Positions 26,057-32,000 of a DNA stretch of 32,000 nucleotides are shown here, in pieces (the first letter of the stretch is position 1; each line of letters begins with the position of its first letter). The translations under genes were made by a program, and so were the position numbers. The notes beneath the pieces are model-generated. The model ran no database searches, was not told the DNA's origin, and worked only from the letters and a program-made list of their open reading frames with translations. The DNA is taken from NCBI GenBank assembly GCA_963699255.1, contig OY969425.1, forward strand, positions 330,001 to 362,000, read 5' to 3'. The DNA is from an uncultured bacterium (lineage in GTDB: Bacteria; Margulisbacteria; WOR-1; CAVSGV01).

Positions 26057-28444
26057 ATGTTCACACCGATTATTACGATTACTATATTTTATATATTCGG
26101 GATAATATTGGCCGAATTTTTGTATATTCCGCTTCAATATTTATTTTTTGCATTGATCTTATCTATTCTAGGAGGTCTTTTTTTGCTAAGGTCAGGGCAG
26201 AAACCCATTTATTTGATGATCTTCGTCATTTTTATCTTCGGGATATTCGCCTGTCAATACGCCAGCTTAATTCCCGCAAATGATATTTCCCGGTTCGCAG
26301 ATGACAGATACGTGAAAATTATCGGCTCGGTCGCTGACGAGCCTTCACGGGCAGAAGAGCTTTATAGGTTCACTTTGAAAGCGAGGGAGATCATTCTTAA
26401 AGGAAGATCATATAAAACTTCCGGATATGTCGGAGTGTATGTCAGTGACTCGAACATATCCCTCAATTACGGCAACAAGATCCTTGTCCATGGAAAACTG
26501 TCAAAGATAGTTTCAACATCGAATCCCGGCATCGCATCTTTTGGCGATCTCATGGCCAAGAGGAAGATCGGCTGCCAGATGTTCGTGTACGGTCAGGGGC
26601 TGGATGTCCTTGCCAGATCCATCGGGAATCCGATCAAATATATTTCGATAATCATCAAGAACAGGTTGATCTCGGTGATCCAGAACACCATGAACGAGCC
26701 ATATGCCTCGTTGCTCGGCAGCATAGTGTTCGGTTCTCAGGCTTCACCGCTGTCAAATGAGCTTCAGGATAACTACAAGACAGCGGGAGTGATACATCTT
26801 CTTGTCGCTTCAGGGACTCAGGTTTCAATTTTAATGTCAGTTGTTCTTATCCTGTGCAGGGCTGCCGGACTTTCTCAATATGTGAAACTGGCGGTCGCTA
26901 CTTTTGCAAATCTGATCTTTGCGGGAATTACCGGTGCCGGGCCGTCGATAATAAGGGCGGCTGTTATGAGCGAAGCCGCGTTGGTCGCGAATATATTTGA
27001 AAGAGAGAATGATTTTTACAATTCACTCTCGCTCTCAGCTCTGGTCCTGCTCATTTTGAACCCTCTGAATCTGTTCGACATGGGCTTCCAGCTCTCATTT
27101 TTGGCCACCTGGGCGTTGTTCTATGTTGCTCCCGCAATAGAAGATAGATTATCTGAACTGTTGCCACAATTCCTGGCCGGAACGATCGCGTTATCGATCG
27201 CTCCAACGATCATAACGACGCCAGTGATTCTATATAACTTCGGCCAGGTATCGTTCGTTTCCGTGATCTCAAATTTTCTTATCATCCCGTGGGTTGAAGT
27301 GACGGTGATATTAGGGTTCGTTTCCACGTTGACCGGCCTTATTTTCCTCCCTCTTGCTTATGCGATCAATAATACGCTAACGGCAATATTGGCGATACTT
27401 AACGGTATCGTATATTTTTTCGCCGGACTACCTTTTGCGTGCAGGTATTTTTCTCCGCCAGGGTTGCCCGTGATCCTGGCGTACTATATGATAATTATAG
27501 GAGGTATTGAAATGTTGAAAGGGCGCGTGAATTTTAGTTTTAAAATAAGCAAAGCCTTCTTATTGATAGCCATTCTCATCCTGATCTCCGTATTCACATT
27601 GGGACATTCGCAGGCTGCCGGAGATCTTACCGTCACCTGCATTGATGTTGGCCAGGGGGACTCCATATTGATAGAATCCCCGTCCGGAAAAAATGTCTTG
27701 ATCGACGGCGGCGGAAGGCAGGAAGGCAGCGTATCGGACCCGGACCGTGATGATATGACCGGCAGGTCTATCGTTGTTCCGTTCCTGAGGAAAAAAGGCA
27801 TAAACGAGCTTGACCTTGTGGTATTGACGCATCCGCACGAGGATCACGTCGGAGGTCTCCCGTACGTTCTGGAAAAGCTGAAGGTCGACATGGTCCTGGA
27901 CAGCGGACAGACACATACTTCCCGCGGATATTATAGATTCTTGAGGTTGATCGAGCATAAGCATATTCCATATAAGCTCGCGAGGGCGGGCCAGGTTATC
28001 GATCTCGGTGCGGGGGTCAAAGGATATGTTTTGCATCCGTCGGAGCCCTTGATCACGGGAACTGAATCGGACCTGAATAATAATTCGGTGGTTATCAGGC
28101 TTGTTTACGGAAGGACTTCTTTCCTGTTAATGGGAGACACGGCTTTCGAGGGGGAGGACAGGATATTGTCGTCAGGGCGCAATATCAAAAGCGATGTTTT
28201 AAAAGTCGGGCATCACGGGAGCAGCACATCTACTTCAGATAGCTTTTTGGGTGCAGTAAGTCCCCGTTATGCGGTCATATCTGTCGGGGCAAAGAACAAG
28301 TTCGGGCATCCAAGTTTGGAAACGCTTGAAAGATTGAGCGATCATGGGATCAAAGTATTCAGGACGGACATGGATGGCGCTGTTATCTTTAAGAGCGACG
28401 GAAACTCGATTTGGCCAGCGGGAAATCTTCAAAAATCCTTCTAA
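26057..28444 (+). CDS. comEC: ComEC/Rec2 DNA internalisation channel with a C-terminal metallo-beta-lactamase domain
   Basis: 795 aa. An N-terminal OB-like region is followed by a polytopic competence domain (GVIHLLVASGTQVS). The MBL signature is VLTHPHEDHVGGL ... KVGHHGS. Confidence 0.9.
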   Translation: MFTPIITITIFYIFGIILAEFLYIPLQYLFFALILSILGGLFLLRSGQKPIYLMIFVIFIFGIFACQYASLIPANDISRFADDRYVKIIGSVADEPSRAEELYRFTLKAREIILKGRSYKTSGYVGVYVSDSNISLNYGNKILVHGKLSKIVSTSNPGIASFGDLMAKRKIGCQMFVYGQGLDVLARSIGNPIKYISIIIKNRLISVIQNTMNEPYASLLGSIVFGSQASPLSNELQDNYKTAGVIHLLVASGTQVSILMSVVLILCRAAGLSQYVKLAVATFANLIFAGITGAGPSIIRAAVMSEAALVANIFERENDFYNSLSLSALVLLILNPLNLFDMGFQLSFLATWALFYVAPAIEDRLSELLPQFLAGTIALSIAPTIITTPVILYNFGQVSFVSVISNFLIIPWVEVTVILGFVSTLTGLIFLPLAYAINNTLTAILAILNGIVYFFAGLPFACRYFSPPGLPVILAYYMIIIGGIEMLKGRVNFSFKISKAFLLIAILILISVFTLGHSQAAGDLTVTCIDVGQGDSILIESPSGKNVLIDGGGRQEGSVSDPDRDDMTGRSIVVPFLRKKGINELDLVVLTHPHEDHVGGLPYVLEKLKVDMVLDSGQTHTSRGYYRFLRLIEHKHIPYKLARAGQVIDLGAGVKGYVLHPSEPLITGTESDLNNNSVVIRLVYGRTSFLLMGDTAFEGEDRILSSGRNIKSDVLKVGHHGSSTSTSDSFLGAVSPRYAVISVGAKNKFGHPSLETLERLSDHGIKVFRTDMDGAVIFKSDGNSIWPAGNLQKSF

Positions 28445-28547
28445 ATATTCCTAAAATATCTCCAAACAAATTGAAATTTCTGGAAAGATGTGACGATAAA
28501 TATATGGTTGAGATTTATCCTGGACGATATAAAAGGAGGAATGGAAA

Positions 28548-29168
28548 ATGGCAGGAATGAAAGTGGAATTCAAAAAAATAGGTAATCAGTTGGGACGAAT
28601 TTCTGATTTGGTCGGGAAAGGTAATTTTAACGCAGCTCACAAGTTGCTTGGAGGATTGATCCCGAAAATTGTCGGCCTTGACGAGCGGCTTACGAGACAG
28701 CAGGTATTAGGGCTAGGATCCGCATCAAAAATCAAATCAATAAAACTCCCGGAAATGATTGCTATTTCGCCCAAACTTAGCATTATGAGGGCTGAAATTA
28801 CTGTTGGCTTATTCAAGCAAGTAATGGAGGGGTATGCGATTGAAGGAGATAATGCCGTTCATCTTAAAGCCCTTCTTGCTAATCCTAAAGCAGCGGAAAC
28901 TGCCTTAACTTGTGTAAGTTTGTTGGATGCTAGAGAATTTGCTAAACGGTTGAGCATCCAAACCGGCAGGAAATTCAGGGTTCAAACTGAAGAAGAGTGG
29001 TCTAAGGCACAAAGTCAATTATCAGGAAGCAACTGGACTTGGACAGAAACCGAGTATTCCAATTCCGGTAATGATCATGTTCTCCGTCGCCTGAACGGCG
29101 GCTACGGCTACTACAACCTTGAGGGTCGTTATTTCAACTATGCGGTTCGCTTGGTCGAGGACAAATAA
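28548..29168 (+). CDS. Small protein with a minimal FGE-sulfatase (SUMF1/DUF323, C-type-lectin-fold)-like C-terminal domain
   Basis: The start follows AAGGAGG. The C-terminal roughly 125 aa follow the family pattern: EITVGLFKQVM, LTCVSLLDAREFAKRLSIQTGRKFRVQTEEEW, W.W and YAVRLV. This is much shorter than canonical FGE domains. The N-terminal roughly 75 aa are helical and unassigned. Confidence 0.6.
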   Translation: MAGMKVEFKKIGNQLGRISDLVGKGNFNAAHKLLGGLIPKIVGLDERLTRQQVLGLGSASKIKSIKLPEMIAISPKLSIMRAEITVGLFKQVMEGYAIEGDNAVHLKALLANPKAAETALTCVSLLDAREFAKRLSIQTGRKFRVQTEEEWSKAQSQLSGSNWTWTETEYSNSGNDHVLRRLNGGYGYYNLEGRYFNYAVRLVEDK

Positions 29169-29236
29169 ATTACCCTTTGCTCTTTGTTCCTTTTACACTT
29201 TGAGTGGCGGGGTGGCCGGAAATTTTGAGGGAAAAA

Positions 29237-29671
29237 ATGGAAGCAATGAAGGTAATATTCAAGAACGGTTTGTATGGAAAAGGAAGGAAAACGGGACAAA
29301 TCAACATCGTAAAACCTTCATGTACATTATATTTTTCAAAGGAACAGTTAAATGCAAATAAGGTCTTAGAATATCCTATGCAGGGAAGCTGGGATTTTCC
29401 TCGTGGCTTAGTAAGCAAAATGCAGGCGGTTGTGAAAACAGGCGCGGACTATAAGGGTAATTGGGGTAAAATGATCCCCATAAATGGAGCCCCTCAAGGG
29501 GAATTCAAAGATCTGTTGTATATATACCCTACTGATAAATCAAATATAACCACAGTCCGCTTTGATATTTTTGACAAGAAAGAACAGTTAAAATGGAGAT
29601 ATCTCCGTCATTTATTTTCCAGGCGCAAATGGTCGAGGGGCATGTTTTACTCGCCAGGATATCAAAAATGA
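29237..29671 (+). CDS. Hypothetical protein (no recognisable domain)
   Basis: ATG 29237 follows GAGGGA. 144 aa, apparently beta-rich, with no signal peptide. The last roughly 26 codons (WRYLRHLFSRRKWSRGMFYSPGYQK) look non-protein-like; see the finding on a possible frame break. Confidence 0.45.
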   Translation: MEAMKVIFKNGLYGKGRKTGQINIVKPSCTLYFSKEQLNANKVLEYPMQGSWDFPRGLVSKMQAVVKTGADYKGNWGKMIPINGAPQGEFKDLLYIYPTDKSNITTVRFDIFDKKEQLKWRYLRHLFSRRKWSRGMFYSPGYQK

Positions 29672-30000
29672 CTAAGGGGATCCATTCGGAAGCAAACAAT
29701 CAATATGTTTATGTCGATTGTGATATACAATTTGCTCCCAAAAACACTTCCGCCTTGACTTTGACCATCGCCTCTCAAACAGGTTTTGTTCTAATGTGGC
29801 CTAAGGGCGTCCACGATTGGAAAGGGCCGGGGAAATATGGTTTCATGGCTGATCTTGCTCACATTTTAGGAAAACAAGAAAGCTTTCGGTGTATATTAAG
29901 TGCGATAAACAAAGGAATTGCGGTAGGTAAAGAAGGAAAAGATCTTGCAAAATACGAAGAAAAATTTACATTAGATAAAATAGGCCTTGCTCTCGCATAA
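29668..30000 (+). CDS. Hypothetical protein (no recognisable domain); may instead be the C-terminal part of the preceding gene
   Basis: An ATG at 29668 overlaps the upstream stop (ATGA). The same frame is already open from 29575 (track ORF from ATG 29593). The tail is helical: DLAKYEEKFTLDKIGLALA. Confidence 0.45.
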   Translation: MTKGIHSEANNQYVYVDCDIQFAPKNTSALTLTIASQTGFVLMWPKGVHDWKGPGKYGFMADLAHILGKQESFRCILSAINKGIAVGKEGKDLAKYEEKFTLDKIGLALA

Positions 30001-30010
30001 ACTGGATAAA

Positions 30011-30065
30011 TAATCCCCTGCTCGCTTCACTCGCACCCCCTTTACTAAAGGGGGTAGGGGGATTA
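30011..30065 (+). terminator. Nested stem-loop immediately after the orphan cassette (possible terminator or structured element)
   Basis: The outer stem pairs TAATCCCC (30011-18) with GGGGATTA (30058-65). The inner hairpin is CCCCCTTT-ACT-AAAGGGGG (30036-54). There is no U-tract. Confidence 0.35.
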
Positions 30066-30216
30066 AGTCTGCCCCGCCTTTGCCTGCCCCCAATTTTTAT
30101 GTTAACTTGAGATCCTGGGATACTTGACATCCTTTCTCTTTCTACATTTTTAACTCAAATTGTGATAAACTTCAGCCAGTTCAAAGATGATCTTATCTTC
30201 TCGAAAGCAGGAATTA

Positions 30217-32000
30217 ATGAAAAGATGTTGCTTCATTCTGCTGGTGGCTTTGTTGTTGCCATTTGAAGCTTTTTGCGCCACGGGATCGATAGATTCCAGT
30301 TACACCTATGATTACAGTCAGCCGCCGGAATTCCAGCCAAGCTTGAACAGCCAGTTCACGGCACTTTCCGCTGGAGTTACGGATATTAATGCGAACCCCG
30401 CCGGGCTCATGCGGGTCAATACTTTTGAAGTGGCGGTCGGAATAAGCGGATTCGTTCAGAACCCAATAAAAAGCGATGAGAACAATGTTTACGTTGATGA
30501 TGTGAATCTGGGCGGAATAGAGAACTCTCCCAATTCAAGGTCTTATATAAGATTTACGGATGACAGGTCCGCCGTGACCGCTGAGTCGAGGCCGATCACG
30601 ATCAACGAGGATTACTCGAAGGGCGGCGGGATCAATTTCTTCGGGACGACATACAGGATGTCGGACTGGCTGGCGTTTTCCGTTAGCAGGAAACGCCCTA
30701 CAGCGATCGCTTTTAACTATCAGATGCTTACTCCGATCCTCGTGGATGCCAGGGCGGATTTCAGGGGGGCATCGGTCGAAGCCGGGGGACCGGGTAATTA
30801 TATTAATTTCAGGAATGACGGCACTATAGAGGTGGTAATCGGCGGAGTAACGATGGCAACGTCGGAGGTTGCCGCCTGGAGCGGGTTCTTGAGCCAGGGT
30901 ACGGGCGAAGTGGATTGGGTGGACGGCACTTTTGACAACTCGATAGTGAACCAGGACGGCATTGTCATTTCTGCCGCGGCAAAGACCGGGCCGATCTCCT
31001 GGGGGCTCAATGTTATGCCCATGACCGTTGACATGCAGCTGAACAATGAGGTCTCTGTTGCGAGCGACAGCGGCAATTCCAATGTGATGTTCTATATACC
31101 GAATTTGGATTTCAGTTCGACATTCGACGCCCTGTCCTGGGTGACATACGAGTGCGGGACCCCAACCGGCTACAGGTCTATCGAGGTGGAGACACGCGCC
31201 GGACAGCAGATCGGCAAAGCGCAGATCGCCGGCAAATATTCCGCGTCCCTGACAAGGATGGACCTGGGGATGCAGTGGGATCCTGCGGACTTTATAAGCG
31301 TCGGCGCCGTATACGAGAACTTCAACGGCGCGACATTGGACCTGAAAGGAGTGGAGGTCATACAGGAAGTGGAGCACTGGGTGGACACATCATCCAGAAT
31401 GCCGACCCTTGAGGGGGCGATCTACTGGGATCCGTTCCTCACCGCGCCGACCCATGAAGTTGAAACGGAGAAGACCATAAGGAACGCCTTGAACTTCCAG
31501 CCGATAGAGCTTCCGAGAAAAATAAAGTTCGGAGCGGCGCTCAAGAAACCGATCATTTTTGCGGTGGATTGGGAGCGGTGGATGAATGAGTATGATTTTT
31601 CAAGCGATCCGGGACATCCGGAAACGGCGCATAACATATCTCTGAGCGATATTTCCTTTGTGAAGATCGGCGCTGAAAGCCGGATCATGGCTCTACCCAT
31701 GATAGTGAGGGGAAGCTTGACCGGAATGCTCAAGCCGACGTCGGATGATAAGGCCACTGAAAACAGCATTGATGACCTGTATAAGAACATTCCGATAGTC
31801 CCGGTGGATGGCAATATTTATTTCGGTTTTGGGGTCATGGACGGGGAGTTCGGGTTCGGAGTCGGCGGCGGAGGGCTGCCTTTAATTCAGGCGCTGATGC
31901 TTGACATGTCGTCGATCACAAAGGTATTCTACGCTAATGTTTATTATACAAAGGGGAACTGGCAGGTCAGCTATCTTATGACGATGGACCCGGTGCTGAC
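30217..32000 (+). CDS. Secreted, probable outer-membrane beta-barrel protein (FadL/PorV-like N-terminal hatch motif); 3' end outside the window
   Basis: Frame 1 is open from ATG 30217 to the window end (594 codons) and is absent from the supplied track. The signal peptide is MKRCCFILLVALLLPFEAFCA. The segment LSAGVTDINANPAGLMRV resembles the N-terminal NPAGL motif of FadL-family barrels. The product is Gly/aromatic-rich. GC at the third codon position creates antisense shadow ORFs. Confidence 0.6.
   Translation, partial: MKRCCFILLVALLLPFEAFCATGSIDSSYTYDYSQPPEFQPSLNSQFTALSAGVTDINANPAGLMRVNTFEVAVGISGFVQNPIKSDENNVYVDDVNLGGIENSPNSRSYIRFTDDRSAVTAESRPITINEDYSKGGGINFFGTTYRMSDWLAFSVSRKRPTAIAFNYQMLTPILVDARADFRGASVEAGGPGNYINFRNDGTIEVVIGGVTMATSEVAAWSGFLSQGTGEVDWVDGTFDNSIVNQDGIVISAAAKTGPISWGLNVMPMTVDMQLNNEVSVASDSGNSNVMFYIPNLDFSSTFDALSWVTYECGTPTGYRSIEVETRAGQQIGKAQIAGKYSASLTRMDLGMQWDPADFISVGAVYENFNGATLDLKGVEVIQEVEHWVDTSSRMPTLEGAIYWDPFLTAPTHEVETEKTIRNALNFQPIELPRKIKFGAALKKPIIFAVDWERWMNEYDFSSDPGHPETAHNISLSDISFVKIGAESRIMALPMIVRGSLTGMLKPTSDDKATENSIDDLYKNIPIVPVDGNIYFGFGVMDGEFGFGVGGGGLPLIQALMLDMSSITKVFYANVYYTKGNWQVSYLMTMDPVL

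Noticed and set aside
26023-26283. 86-aa plus-strand ORF overlapping the comEC start
   Set aside because: It is out of frame with the comEC N-terminal TM region. Its Tyr/Ile/Arg-rich translation is typical of AT-rich off-frame reading.
29169-29236. DGR template repeat, IMH-associated hairpin or Avd/RT genes downstream of the CLec-fold gene
   Set aside because: The spacer and the downstream ORFs show no similarity to 29020-29168. No GC-rich hairpin follows the stop codon. No RT motifs (YxDD) appear in any frame of the window. A complete DGR therefore cannot be called.
30535-31377. 280-aa minus-strand ORF (plus 30798-31082, 31170-31388, 31422-31814 and the plus-strand 31152-31412)
   Set aside because: The products are Arg/Pro/His/Gly-rich with no motifs. 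They lie antisense or out of frame to a 594-codon open frame that has a signal peptide and sensible composition. I treat them as shadow ORFs.
1-32000. Looked for CRISPR arrays, tRNA/rRNA/tmRNA genes, transposase or integrase genes and terminal inverted repeats
   Set aside because: None was seen by eye. There are no regularly spaced 25-40 nt direct repeats, no T-loop GGTTCGAATCC-type strings in intergenic DNA, and no recombinase-like ORF. A tRNAscan/Infernal run would be needed for certainty.

Overview
Bacterial chromosomal window with no rRNA, tRNA or CRISPR array seen. Housekeeping genes are roughly 50% GC. Some patches are clearly more AT-rich: hand counts of single 60-nt lines give about 33-37% GC near 17.1 kb and 28.6-29.3 kb, about 43% near 21.5 kb, and over 60% inside purL. 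These are hand counts, not a computed profile. Outer-membrane-type proteins plus an O2-sensitive hydrogenase suggest an uncultivated diderm anaerobe, but no taxon can be assigned from the sequence alone.

Gene content in order:
- 1-5721: 3' part of a group 4 membrane-bound [NiFe]-hydrogenase operon. It has Mrp/Nuo-like antiporter subunits, NuoB/C/D/H/I-like core subunits and a HycI-type maturation protease.
- 5722-8846: a structured repeat-rich spacer, an orphan CheY-like receiver, a SemiSWEET, an FMN reductase, an Fe/Mn SOD, a SAM methyltransferase and a possible 35-aa membrane peptide.
- 8847-15347 (minus strand): polA (broken by a 1-nt frame shift), tsf-rpsB and prmC-prfA-rpmE.
- 15527-20114: a PEGA/beta-barrel outer-membrane protein, a transglutaminase-like/TPR protein and rpsO-pnp.
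- 20134-22222 (minus strand): an AT-richer two-gene unit, a HEAT-repeat protein plus a tandem methylglyoxal-synthase-like protein that is also frame-broken.
- 22380-28444: purL, a lytic transglycosylase and comEA-comEC.
- 28548-30000: an AT-rich cassette of orphan genes led by a minimal FGE-sulfatase/C-type-lectin-fold protein.
- 30217-32000: a signal-peptide-bearing outer-membrane-type ORF that runs off the window and is missing from the supplied ORF track.

Most worth a second look:
- The HEAT + tandem-MGS pair.
- The orphan cassette, whose lead protein has a DGR-variable-region-like C-terminus. No template repeat or reverse transcriptase is present in the window.
- Convergent arrays of a GGAATA-type 10-nt unit in two intergenic regions.
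- A roughly 45-nt motif shared by two intergenic regions.
- Three reading-frame breaks that all sit on A/T homopolymers.

I cannot show that any of these is a new functional system. All are hypotheses that need database searches.
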